Position numbers and translations under genes: made by a program. Of a stretch of DNA of 64,000 nt, positions 1 through 9,003 are shown one piece after another. Under the pieces are notes generated by a model that saw only the letters and a program-made list of their open reading frames with translations, had not been told where the DNA came from and did not search any database. Source of the DNA: Candidatus Poribacteria bacterium (GTDB lineage: Bacteria; Poribacteria; WGA-4E; PCPOR2b); NCBI GenBank assembly GCA_965116925.1, contig OZ220744.1:5920001-5984000 (forward strand). Direction: 5' to 3'. Numbering within the stretch: the stretch's first letter is position 1; each line of letters starts with the position of its first letter.

Positions 1-118
1 CGATACGTTTGCCATGGTTTTCGGTGAGAATGCGGTTGAGAAGCGTGGTTTTACCAGACCCCAAAAAGCCCGTCAACACGGTGACGGGGACTTGATTGTT
101 TAGCACGGCTGTGTTCAT
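1..118 (-). CDS. COG0523/CobW-family GTPase, N-terminus only (runs off the window)
   Basis: Manual translation [39 protein letters not shown]; Walker A; AGGAG RBS upstream. Confidence 0.9.
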   Translation of the reverse strand, partial: MNTAVLNNQVPVTVLTGFLGSGKTTLLNRILTENHGKRI

Positions 119-137
119 CTTTCTCTCCTTGTTCAAT

Positions 138-398
138 TTAGCCAGCGGTCAAGCTAACGATGTCCGTCTGCTTCACCTCCGCCAGCGGTTTGTGAATCTT
201 GTATTGCCGGGGCTTTCCGGGTGTTTCCATTATTGCAATGACCGTTTCAATAGGCGGGCAGCCTTCTTCGGTGCATTGCAACTGAGTAACCATCACGGAG
301 ACGTCTTCTGATAGCCCAAAAGCTTGGGAGACCCACGATTTGATTTGGACAAGTTGCCGCGGATCATTCTCTTTTTGCGAATTGAAAAATTTCAGCAC
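138..398 (-). CDS. Small conserved hypothetical protein with C-x4-C-P-P motif
   Basis: [17 protein letters not shown]; co-oriented between two COG0523 genes. Confidence 0.7.
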   Translation of the reverse strand: MLKFFNSQKENDPRQLVQIKSWVSQAFGLSEDVSVMVTQLQCTEEGCPPIETVIAIMETPGKPRQYKIHKPLAEVKQTDIVSLTAG

Positions 399-425
399 TG
401 TTTCAATTGAAATTGTCTGATGAGG

Positions 426-1583
426 TTAAGGTTCAGTTGGAACGTGTGAATTCGTTGGCGGTTCTGCCAGAATAAGCTCCCGAAGCAATTCAAAATCGTC
501 GGCGGCATCAGACTCTGTAACCTGGGGCGTGTCATTTTCCGGTTCGCACGCTTCAAAGCGCGATTGCAACTCAGTAGCGTCGATTCCGCCATACTCACCG
601 ATAAAAACTAACTGCGTACCCGGTTTCTCGTCGCCCCACGGCGCACCAATGATCAGACGCGCCCGTTGGCCGACAACGTGGACGATTCCCTTCCGATCCG
701 GCGTCTCATCAAGATAGACAAAGCCTTTGGCGCGATAGATCGTCGCCGGTAAGGTTTTCACCGCCTGACGTACAGCCCGATGTGACAGCGGTTTGTCGGT
801 CGTGTAACTCCACGTATTAAAGACCAACGTATGGTCGTGGTCATGGCTGTGTTCGTGATGGTGTTCATCCTCGTGGTCATGTGCATGGTCGTGGTCATAC
901 ACCTCGCCGTCGGCATGGACGTGAACATCCAAGCCCGATTTCCCCGAAAACCGGTGGAGATCGTATGTCCCGACGCCGAGCACCAAATCGAGCGGAACCT
1001 TACCGTGTGTGGTTTCGAGGATACGGGCCCTCGGAACAAGGTTTTTGACAAAATCTGCCAATTTCTCCCGTTTTTCATCATTGACCAAGTCAACCTTGTT
1101 CAGCACCACAATGTCTGCCATAGCGATTTGGTCTAACGCGAGATTCCGATGCTTTCTGTTTACATGATCAATCTGATCGGAATCAACCACGGTCAGCATA
1201 CTGTCCACTCGCGCCGCCGACCGCAATTCGGGTGCCATGAAGGTCAATGAAACCGCCATAGGGTCAGATACGCCGCTGGTCTCAACGACGATATACTCCG
1301 GCGGGTTTGGGCGTTGAATCAATTGTACCGCTGCCTCAAGCAGATCGTCGCGAATTGAGCAGCAGATACACCCGTTGGAAAGGTTAATGGTGGATTCCCC
1401 AGAGACACCAGAAACTAACGCGGCGTCAATGTTAATCTCTCCAAAATCGTTGACCAATACTGCTACGCGCAATCCATGGTCGGCGTTGAGAATGTGGTTG
1501 AGCAGGGAAGTTTTGCCCGCGCCCAGAAAGCCGCTGATGATGGTCACAGGAATCGGTTCTGTGAAGTCTTGGATTTCAGTCAT
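426..1583 (-). CDS. COG0523/CobW-family metallochaperone GTPase
   Basis: GFLGAGKT, GCICC, ETSG, NKVD, His-rich linker, C-terminal RAKG. Confidence 0.95.
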   Translation of the reverse strand: MTEIQDFTEPIPVTIISGFLGAGKTSLLNHILNADHGLRVAVLVNDFGEINIDAALVSGVSGESTINLSNGCICCSIRDDLLEAAVQLIQRPNPPEYIVVETSGVSDPMAVSLTFMAPELRSAARVDSMLTVVDSDQIDHVNRKHRNLALDQIAMADIVVLNKVDLVNDEKREKLADFVKNLVPRARILETTHGKVPLDLVLGVGTYDLHRFSGKSGLDVHVHADGEVYDHDHAHDHEDEHHHEHSHDHDHTLVFNTWSYTTDKPLSHRAVRQAVKTLPATIYRAKGFVYLDETPDRKGIVHVVGQRARLIIGAPWGDEKPGTQLVFIGEYGGIDATELQSRFEACEPENDTPQVTESDAADDFELLRELILAEPPTNSHVPTEP

Positions 1584-1587
1584 CTTC

Positions 1588-2568
1588 TTACTGCCTCCGA
1601 TAAGCTAACTCAGTTCTCAAGGCGTTCACGATGGTATCTATGTTGTGACGTATCAACCCGATGTACGTCCCTTCAGGAGTTCCGGGCGTTCCCATCGCAT
1701 CGGCGAAAAGACCGCCGCCGATTTCGACCTCGAACCCTTTTGCACGAACAGCGGCTTGAACAGCCTCAATGCCCTGCGACGGGGTCGAGGTTTCGACGAA
1801 CATCGCCGGGATTCGATGTTCAATAATAAACGCCGCGAGTTCTCTGACATCAGCGACGCCCACTTCTGTTTCTGTGTTCAACCCTTGAAGCCCACGTACC
1901 TTGAAACCGTAAGCGCGTCCGAGGTAACCGAACGCATCGTGCGTTGTGACGAGAACGCGACGCTGAGCGGGTATCTGTGCCGCGAGATTTTGTAGGTCGT
2001 CATGCAATGTTTTCAACGCTGCTAGGTAATTCTTTGCGTTAGAACGATAATATTCGGCATTATTGGGATCGGCTTGAACCAACGTGTCTCTAACCCTTTC
2101 AACTGCTTTCATCCAGAGCGACACATCGTGCCAGACATGTGGGTCGTAACCGCCCTGAAATTCAGATGATGTCCGAAGTTGTGAGCGTAGGATCCCATCC
2201 GTGACGGCGATGGCCTTCGTTTTATCCGCCATCTTATCGTGGGCGGCACCTATAATTTTCATTTCGAGATTCAAGCCGTTGTAGAAGATAATATCAGCGT
2301 CCTTTAGCCGTTCGACGTCTCCCTCTGTCGGTTTATAGAGATGTGGGTCAACTCCTTCACCGACAATCCCGGTGACATCAATCCTATCTCGTCCAATATT
2401 TTTCAAAATGTCGGTAATCATGCCGATTGTTGCAACGACGTGAAGTTTTTTTTCTGTCGTAGGGTTTGCATTTGCGGGGTCTTCTGTGTTATCCTTTTGA
2501 CATCCGCCAGCAACCATCAGCAGTAACACCAACAAACATAAACTCGTCTTGAGAAATTGCCGATCCAT
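1588..2568 (-). CDS. Zn/Mn ABC transporter substrate-binding lipoprotein (TroA/ZnuA cluster A-I)
   Basis: Lipobox VAGGC, DPHLY, DPHVW, HDAFGY; start moved to MDRQF (AGGAG RBS). Confidence 0.93.
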   Translation of the reverse strand: MDRQFLKTSLCLLVLLLMVAGGCQKDNTEDPANANPTTEKKLHVVATIGMITDILKNIGRDRIDVTGIVGEGVDPHLYKPTEGDVERLKDADIIFYNGLNLEMKIIGAAHDKMADKTKAIAVTDGILRSQLRTSSEFQGGYDPHVWHDVSLWMKAVERVRDTLVQADPNNAEYYRSNAKNYLAALKTLHDDLQNLAAQIPAQRRVLVTTHDAFGYLGRAYGFKVRGLQGLNTETEVGVADVRELAAFIIEHRIPAMFVETSTPSQGIEAVQAAVRAKGFEVEIGGGLFADAMGTPGTPEGTYIGLIRHNIDTIVNALRTELAYRRQ

Positions 2569-2595
2569 TCTGTCAACTCCTTCTGAATTTGTTAT

Positions 2596-2713
2596 TAGAC
2601 TTACGCAGCGCGTTATAAGTCCCCCTGATTTTCCAAAGTCCCCCTGACAAGGGGGATTTAGGGGGTTAAAAATCAAAAATCTACCCCGTTGTGCTCCAAA
2701 TTTACGTAAGTTA
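2596..2713. mobile_element. MITE-like element with GACTTACGCA-type ends and internal CCCCCTGACAAGGGGG hairpin
   Basis: Ends tagacttacgca / tacgtaagtta resemble the ends at 9004 and 36864/37018. Confidence 0.6.
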
Positions 2714-2732
2714 TGTTATATTATAACATAAC
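2710..2732. promoter_or_regulatory. Zur box over the -10 of the SBP/COG0523 promoter
   Basis: Perfect 11-1-11 palindrome GTTATGTTATA-T-TATAACATAAC; minus-strand TTGACT-16-TATAAT overlaps it. Confidence 0.9.
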
Positions 2733-2854
2733 AAATTCAGAAGTCAAGTCAGAAATGGAATCTTCTAGGGAGGAGGAGTTGACTGAATCTTTAACAAAGA
2801 AAAAAAACCGGCATTGTCGTTCTTTTTCACTAAAGAAAAGACGTTTTGAATTCA

Positions 2855-2891
2855 TTGACAAAAACCGCGTTATGTCATAACATAACATACA
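2855..2891 (+). promoter_or_regulatory. zur promoter with imperfect Zur box
   Basis: TTGACA-17-TAACAT; GTTATGTCATA-A-CATAACATACA at 2869-2891. Confidence 0.75.
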
Positions 2892-2915
2892 CCTTCATTA
2901 TAAGGAGCTAGGGAT

Positions 2916-3428
2916 ATGTCTTTTACAGATGCGGAAAACACAACATTTGAAGCCTTTCCCAAACCAACCCATGACCATTCTCAGTGTGTCAAAGACGCAC
3001 TGGCAAAGGCTTTGGCGATCTGTCAGGCGCGAGGCGTGCGATTTACCAAACTACGGAAACAGGTTTTTGAACTCGTGTGTGCTAGCCACAAGCCAATCGG
3101 CGCCTACGATATTCTTGACACCTTTCAAAAACGTGGACGGAAAACCGCACCGCCAACCATCTACCGGGCCCTCGACTTTCTGCTTGAACAAGGTTTGATT
3201 CATCGAATTGCCTCGTTAAACGCCTATGTCGGCTGTGACTTCCCACAGGAACCCCATCGCGGGCAGTTTGTCATCTGCAAATTGTGTGGCGAGGCAACTG
3301 AGCTTGTCAGTCACACGATCGATAAGTGTATTGCTATCGCCGCCGAGAAACTTGGCTTTCAGGTTCAATCCAGAGTGATCGAGATTCTTGGCGTCTGCTC
3401 GGTCTGCCAGTCAATAACCCCGCCCTGA
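2916..3428 (+). CDS. zur: Fur-family zinc uptake regulator
   Basis: HDHSQC, AYDIL, PPTIYRALDFL, two CxxC; divergent from zinc operon with Zur boxes. Confidence 0.92.
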   Translation: MSFTDAENTTFEAFPKPTHDHSQCVKDALAKALAICQARGVRFTKLRKQVFELVCASHKPIGAYDILDTFQKRGRKTAPPTIYRALDFLLEQGLIHRIASLNAYVGCDFPQEPHRGQFVICKLCGEATELVSHTIDKCIAIAAEKLGFQVQSRVIEILGVCSVCQSITPP

Positions 3429-4006
3429 AGGGCGAGGCTTGCAATCCCGTGCCAACGGTCACTTGCAAGTTAAACCGTTGACTAGACAATTATATGAAGG
3501 GTGCTCGTAACTGGAACGAGTCTTTTAGCCCCCTTGAGGTGGGGAAGCAATGGTTCTACGCTGAAATCCAGAACCGTTGGATATTGGTCACACTCAAAGG
3601 TTTTGAAACAAAGGCAATTCGTGATTCGCTCGGACTCCAGAAGACTGGTAACAAGATGTCCAGCGGCTTCAACGCCCATTGCGTAGACTCATGGTGCTTG
3701 GCATACCATGTCATCGGAAGCGATACAGACCAAGTGGACAATACTTGTGTGTTTTATGTCAGTCCGATACCCATTGCACGGCGGCAATTGCACAGACAGA
3801 ATCCACAGAAGGGTAGCAGACGCCCACGCTACGGCGGTACAATGTGCAATGGCATCGCCAAGAATACACTGGTAAAACATGTAACACACGGTTTGACTCG
3901 TGTTAGCGGATATATGGAAAAAAAAGGGTATTCCCTATACTCGTTGGGGGTAAACGTCTCACTCAGTCTGCGAAACCTGAGACTTTCAAAGTTCTCACAC
4001 GATTAA
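3410..4006 (+). pseudogene. isrB: Internally deleted IS200/IS605 IsrB/IscB-type (RRXRR family) element: element end plus C-terminal nuclease fragment
   Basis: GTCAATAACCCCGCCCTGAAGGGCGAGGCTTG end hairpin, GTTGACTAGAC; ORF 3494-4006 has FSPLEVGK, HCVDSW, RRQLH, RYGGT; N-terminal half absent. Confidence 0.8.
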
Positions 4007-4701
4007 ACTTTAATCATTGGCTCTTCCTGTGCCTTCCTATACTTAAGTTGCCATCCTATAACAAACCAAGTCGCTGCTGCTGAAGCGTGCGCTTCTTTGT
4101 CACGGAAAGTCAAATCCTGCAACGTATCATAATCAAAGTTATAACGCTCAGTGCCTCCCGGTATAGTGAAATCATACCTGTCATTGTCATCTTGCCACCA
4201 ATGCGTACATTCATGGATAAACGTATTCAGGTAGGACATATTGCCGGGTTTGAATATGTCAACGGTGCCACGAGTGCTGCTATGATTAAGGAAATCAGTG
4301 AACGGATGTTTCCTAATCACAATCGTAATTAGACCGTCATTTTCACTCCCGTGCCAAGGCTGACCCGGAAACTCCCATACAAGTTTAACTCTAATTTTGT
4401 TTTCAATCCTATCATCAGTAAAACTTCTGGAATTACCAAACACAAGGCGGACTGCATCTTTCTCTAATGGGCTTAAACGACGCGGGCCGTGTATCCTTAA
4501 AGCCAGTTCTACTGTCCCATATCCAAGATCAACTACAGGCGGTGCGGCCGGAGGTGGTTCTGGTTCTGGAGGCTGCGATTCTGGCGGCGATGGGACCGGC
4601 GGTACAGGTGTATAGGGATAGGGTGTAGGCGCGCTTTTGGCGGTAGACCCCATGCCTCCCTGCGTATTTCTGAGTCTTCTAAGCAGTGATGGAAATCTCA
4701 T
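4003..4701 (-). CDS. HExxH zincin-like (DUF4157/Rhs-associated-like) protein, probably C-terminally truncated
   Basis: FIHECTHWWQ...KEAHASA; paralog of 6168-7493, which continues about 80 aa further. Confidence 0.7.
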   Translation of the reverse strand: MRFPSLLRRLRNTQGGMGSTAKSAPTPYPYTPVPPVPSPPESQPPEPEPPPAAPPVVDLGYGTVELALRIHGPRRLSPLEKDAVRLVFGNSRSFTDDRIENKIRVKLVWEFPGQPWHGSENDGLITIVIRKHPFTDFLNHSSTRGTVDIFKPGNMSYLNTFIHECTHWWQDDNDRYDFTIPGGTERYNFDYDTLQDLTFRDKEAHASAAATWFVIGWQLKYRKAQEEPMIKV

Positions 4702-4782
4702 CGTATTTCTCCTTTGCTAACTGTGGTTCGATTGCTACTGGTGCAATGTAAAGTCTTGCTAGTATTCCTTCTCATCATCAGT

Positions 4783-5007
4783 CAATTCGATTGGTCTCGC
4801 CCCGTCTCAACGTGATATTCGGTATTTTGTCTGCGATAACATCCGTTCTCCAGAAATAAAAAAGCCCCAGACAGAGTAATTTCAAAGGGAAAATGTCCCT
4901 CGGTCACCCTGCTGGGGCTTCGAGAAGAAAGGATAAATTCGTGCTACATGATGGAATTATACAAATCTATCACCATGATGTCAAATCCTTTCTGTTGATG
5001 TTTCCGC
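4783..5007 (-). repeat. 225-bp direct repeat copy 1: consensus sigma70 promoter, long hairpin and U-tract
   Basis: Aligns with 8764-8988; TTGACA(4984-4979)-17-TATAAT(4961-4956). Confidence 0.9.
4857..4949 (-). ncRNA. Candidate ~90-nt structured sRNA or attenuator
   Basis: Promoter, extended stem AAGCCCCAG-CAGGGTGA / TTACTCTG-T-CTGGGGCTT, U-tract; compensatory changes in copy 2. Confidence 0.55.
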
Positions 5008-5199
5008 CAAGAATCGCCATCGTCTCAACTCCCGGGAAGCTAGAATCTGGATTATATACCGCGTCATGGTCAAAAATAGCGTAAATTGTTTCAACAGCCT
5101 CCAAAATCCATTTGATACTTGCTAAATTCTGCATCGAACGCCTCCAATGATCAAGCCGTGTGTATCATCAAAATCGGTGAGTTTTTCTGTCTGCTGCTG

Positions 5200-5928
5200 T
5201 CATTCAGCGTCAACTGGTATGGTCATAAAGGTAATAATGAATTCATGGTTATACCCTGAGCATTTCATACATTCGCACATATCAGTCTCGTAAATCCATG
5301 CCTCGTCAACCACTATCCTAATCGTATAGCGTTTCCCTTCTTCAAGTAACTTCCCGTTCTCACCACGATGCAATTTTAGGATGGTGGGGAACTTACTGTC
5401 ATCCCATACCGCCTCCCAACCGAGGTCATTGCCCTGTTCGGAAAATAACCTTGCCTCCACCCCAACAGCCCGTTTCGTAAAACTGTATTGGATAAAGTGT
5501 TCATTGAACTCATCAGGATCTACAAGATCGCCCCCCCATATACTCCCTTCCCTTAAGGACATCACTTCCCAACTGACATGAGCCACTTTCAGCCAGACCT
5601 CTGGACCAACACTTGTCGTGCCGTCAGGGTTTGTCCATTCGATTCGGAGTGATATGGGACCGTGCTCTCCATTCGGAATGTCCCAACACACCAGATTCCC
5701 CTTCACTTTAGCCGGCGTTCCATTAACAGAGACGGATAGCGGTCGCTTATTGAAGTAAAGTAGAACGGGTCGGTCGTATGCAGCCAGCTCCCCACTTGCA
5801 GGAAGCGTCTCAATTAGCGTGGCAACGTCGCTTACGAACACATCTTCTTCCACAGATTCAGTTGGATTAGGTGAATCATCTGCACAACCGATCGCGATTA
5901 ACAGTGCAAGTAATAGTAGAATCTTCAA
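5200..5928 (-). CDS. Lipoprotein with Ig-like domains
   Basis: Lipobox IAIGC, AGGAGG RBS; GSIWGGDLVDPDEFN resembles GSVRDGAVNVDPEPLN of 7685-8170. Confidence 0.8.
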   Translation of the reverse strand: MKILLLLALLIAIGCADDSPNPTESVEEDVFVSDVATLIETLPASGELAAYDRPVLLYFNKRPLSVSVNGTPAKVKGNLVCWDIPNGEHGPISLRIEWTNPDGTTSVGPEVWLKVAHVSWEVMSLREGSIWGGDLVDPDEFNEHFIQYSFTKRAVGVEARLFSEQGNDLGWEAVWDDSKFPTILKLHRGENGKLLEEGKRYTIRIVVDEAWIYETDMCECMKCSGYNHEFIITFMTIPVDAE

Positions 5929-6167
5929 TAGTGTTTGCCTCCTTTACCACACTTGGTTGGGAGCGCGTGGCTCTTTCTTCAGAAGTATCATCCCTTCTCT
6001 CAGGGACGACCCAAGAACCAAAATGTCTGCCACTAAAATGATAACCACCGCCTTATCCCGATCTATCGGGACGGTTACTACCGCCTGCTACCGCGGCATC
6101 AATGTCTTCGGTGTTCTTAGCGTCAATCCGCCTGAGAATGGACATCTTAAAACGCGTAGCAACCCCA

Positions 6168-7493
6168 TTATTCGCTCGGTCGCGGCAATGGTTGTACGGT
6201 CCTAACCTCTTTCAAGACTGTGTTAAAGTCCGCCAACAACGTTTTTGCCTCTGCCCTTGTCATCCAATTCCCGATAGGCGGTGAGGTAGTATGACGACCG
6301 AAATCAGCTTGCCAGTCCATTCCCCTGATCTTCATGTAACGTTCAACACTGCCTACCCCTTCGTCACGACCTCTCTGGAGATCATGCGTCAAGTTTATCA
6401 ACTGACCCGCGGGTCTATGCTTGAGTTGCCATTCGATGACAGCCGCTGTAGCGACTGCGCTCGCGTGCGCCTCTTTGTCCACAAACTTGTGTGCCGCTAA
6501 CTGCGCCTCATTGAACTGATACTGGTCCTCTTCCACTCTGACCCCATCCCTGTTCCACTTAAAATCGTGTCGATTCTGGTTATACTGCCACCAATGCGCC
6601 ATCTCATGGGCGAGTGTCCATACCAGTTGCAGCATACCTGGACTATTGAGTTCGGAAACCTCTAAACTATTTATATTCGTTGAACCATCTATAGCGGGTG
6701 CTAAAGTAAATTTTACGTTATACACTGTGATTAACCCCTTAAGATGTCCTCCCCTGTTTCCGTCTGCCGTCCCTAACTTGTATTGGATTCTCAGTTTGTC
6801 TCTGAATAGCTCACCAGAGAAACTCGGAGAGTTTTCAAATACGACCTTAGCAATCTCTTTCTCAAGCCCACTGAACTCTCGTTTGCCCTGAATTTGTAAT
6901 GCAGGCGTAGTCGGGAAAGGAGGTTGAGGTACAACTACTACAGCATAATCTGGAGGGGTCGGCGGATCTTGGTCTGCCGGTATGCGATCGACTGGCATTC
7001 CTCTTGGATATGGATATGTCGGTTGCGGTGTTCCCGCTGGTAGATGTGTAAAAATATAAGTGTCGTGTTGAACTGTAGTCGTTTTCTCGGCTTTTTCGTT
7101 CCAGTTACCTGCTTCGTCTTGAGCCTTACCGGCAGGAACTATAAACTTTATATCGCCGCCGTGAGTGTCTCTTGGTCTAACAGTTAAAATAAACCTTCTG
7201 CCCGGTTGACTCTCATCTTCTTCCCATGCTACTTCTGTGTGGGTTATCCCTTCGATCCTGACATCGCTCTGTGTAAATCCGATTACTATCTCACTCCAAA
7301 AAAACACTACATCGAACTCACGGTATGGCACGCTTGGACTGACAAGGATAGTTACCGTGGGACTTCGAGTGTCTGGTTCGGGGACCGGCGGCGGTACAGG
7401 CGTATAGGGATAGGGTGTAGGCGCGCTTTTGGCGGTAGACCCCATGCCTCTCTGCGTATTTCTGAGTCTTCTAAGCAGTGATGGAAACTTCAT
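6168..7493 (-). CDS. Leader + Pro-rich linker + bacterial Ig-like domain + HExxH zincin-like domain
   Basis: DTRSPTVTI...WSE.VIGFTQSDV...AGKAQDEAGNWN (Ig-like); LAHEMAHWWQ...KEAHASA. Confidence 0.8.
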   Translation of the reverse strand: MKFPSLLRRLRNTQRGMGSTAKSAPTPYPYTPVPPPVPEPDTRSPTVTILVSPSVPYREFDVVFFWSEIVIGFTQSDVRIEGITHTEVAWEEDESQPGRRFILTVRPRDTHGGDIKFIVPAGKAQDEAGNWNEKAEKTTTVQHDTYIFTHLPAGTPQPTYPYPRGMPVDRIPADQDPPTPPDYAVVVVPQPPFPTTPALQIQGKREFSGLEKEIAKVVFENSPSFSGELFRDKLRIQYKLGTADGNRGGHLKGLITVYNVKFTLAPAIDGSTNINSLEVSELNSPGMLQLVWTLAHEMAHWWQYNQNRHDFKWNRDGVRVEEDQYQFNEAQLAAHKFVDKEAHASAVATAAVIEWQLKHRPAGQLINLTHDLQRGRDEGVGSVERYMKIRGMDWQADFGRHTTSPPIGNWMTRAEAKTLLADFNTVLKEVRTVQPLPRPSE

Positions 7494-7684
7494 CGCATTT
7501 CTCCTTTTCTAATGCCTGTATAAACTCCACAAATCCAAAACATACCATTCAAACCAATACCTCTTTGAGGAACAACCGCAATTTTTCTAAAGTAAATCCA
7601 AGCCGATTGCAACTAATTATTGAGGTCTTACGCTTCTCAGTCGAACCCATGAACCCACGAACCACTCCCCAAAGGAGGAATCCC

Positions 7685-8170
7685 ATGAAAACACTCGCTC
7701 TATTACTGTTCGCGATTCTAATTCTCGGCTGTGAAACCGAGACACCTGTGGTTGAGGAGCCAGAACCTGTTATCGAAGAACCACCGCCTGTTGTGATGGA
7801 AGATGAACCCGCTATGCCCGAAGATACTGTTCCGCCAGAAATTGTAGAGGGTAGCGTGCGTGATGGCGCGGTCAATGTTGACCCCGAACCGTTGAATCGC
7901 GACGGAATGGTCTTCAAATTTACGGAAAATCTCCGTTTTTATGCAGCAGATATCCTACGTGAGGAAAAGTCCCTCGGCTGGCACCCTCTCGATGTCGTCA
8001 CCGGGCTATTCAAACCAGGAGGTGTCGTTGGGCAATTTGCAAATATAGAACCCATGGCTGGCAGTCAGTTGTTGGAACACAACACCGACTACACCATTGA
8101 GATGTACGTGCAAGATCGCGTATGTAACGGCACGAGGATAGAAATAAAGTTTCAGACCAAGCCACGCTAA
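7685..8170 (+). CDS. Lipoprotein, Ig-like (paralog of 8282-8752)
   Basis: AGGAGG RBS, MKTLALLLFAILILGC lipobox, ends FQTKPR. Confidence 0.82.
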   Translation: MKTLALLLFAILILGCETETPVVEEPEPVIEEPPPVVMEDEPAMPEDTVPPEIVEGSVRDGAVNVDPEPLNRDGMVFKFTENLRFYAADILREEKSLGWHPLDVVTGLFKPGGVVGQFANIEPMAGSQLLEHNTDYTIEMYVQDRVCNGTRIEIKFQTKPR

Positions 8171-8281
8171 AAACCATCACTCGATATCGCCACCAACGCC
8201 CGATGAATTGAGAAACTACAATCCAACCTGACGTTTCTGCTTCTTTTTACGTATTACACATTATTCATCAGGAGGAATCCC

Positions 8282-8752
8282 ATGAAAAAAATGTCTCTAT
8301 TGATATTCGCTATCCTGATGCTCGGTTGTGAAACCGAGACGCCTGTCGTTGAGCAACCGCTGTCCATTATCGAAGCACCATCACCCGTTACGGCATCAGG
8401 TGAACACTTTCGGGTTGATATAAGTGAGCCGATACTATTATGGTCAAATGTGGAGGATGGAGCCGCTGACGTCGACCCTAACCCCCTCCATGTTGGAATT
8501 CGCTTCGATTTTGATGAAAATCTCAAGCTGTATAAAATTGACCTCCGGCTTGATGGTGGGCAGTCTCTCGGTTGGCTACCTCGCGGTGTCGTCGATGACG
8601 AGGACATCGGAGACCGTATAGAAATGATACCCGTGGCCGATAGTCAGATGTTGGAATTCGATACCGCATACGTCATAACGCTCTACGTTCAAGATTTAAG
8701 CTGCTGGAGTTCAAAATTCCGAATACGGTTTCGGACAAAACCAAAGCCCTGA
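8282..8752 (+). CDS. Lipoprotein, Ig-like (paralog of 7685-8170)
   Basis: MKKMSLLIFAILMLGCETETPVVE; DGAADVDP; ends FRTKPKP. Confidence 0.85.
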   Translation: MKKMSLLIFAILMLGCETETPVVEQPLSIIEAPSPVTASGEHFRVDISEPILLWSNVEDGAADVDPNPLHVGIRFDFDENLKLYKIDLRLDGGQSLGWLPRGVVDDEDIGDRIEMIPVADSQMLEFDTAYVITLYVQDLSCWSSKFRIRFRTKPKP

Positions 8753-8763
8753 TATGAAGCGAG

Positions 8764-8988
8764 CAATTCGATTGGTCTCGCCCCATCTCAACGCGATATT
8801 CGGTATTTTGTCTGCCATAATATTCGTTCTCCAGAAATAAAAAAGCCTCAGACAGAGCGATCCTAAAGGAAAAATGTCCCTCGGTCGCCCTGCTGGGGCT
8901 TCAAGAAGAAAGGATATATTCGTGCTACATGATAAAATTATACAGATCTATCACCATGACGGCAAATCTTTTCTGTTGATGTTACCGC
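8764..8988 (-). repeat. 225-bp direct repeat copy 2
   Basis: Aligns with 4783-5007; TTGCCG-17-TATAAT. Confidence 0.9.
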
Positions 8989-9003
8989 TATCGCATATAC
9001 AAA

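Noticed and set aside
2569..2676. N-terminal extension of the SBP in the ORF track
   Set aside because: Reads through the MITE; RBS and signal peptide fit the ATG at 2568
5943..6167. Short ORFs between the zincin gene and the lipoprotein (MGLLRVLR..., MSILRRID...)
   Set aside because: Under 31 codons, interrupted by stops, only faint resemblance to the leader
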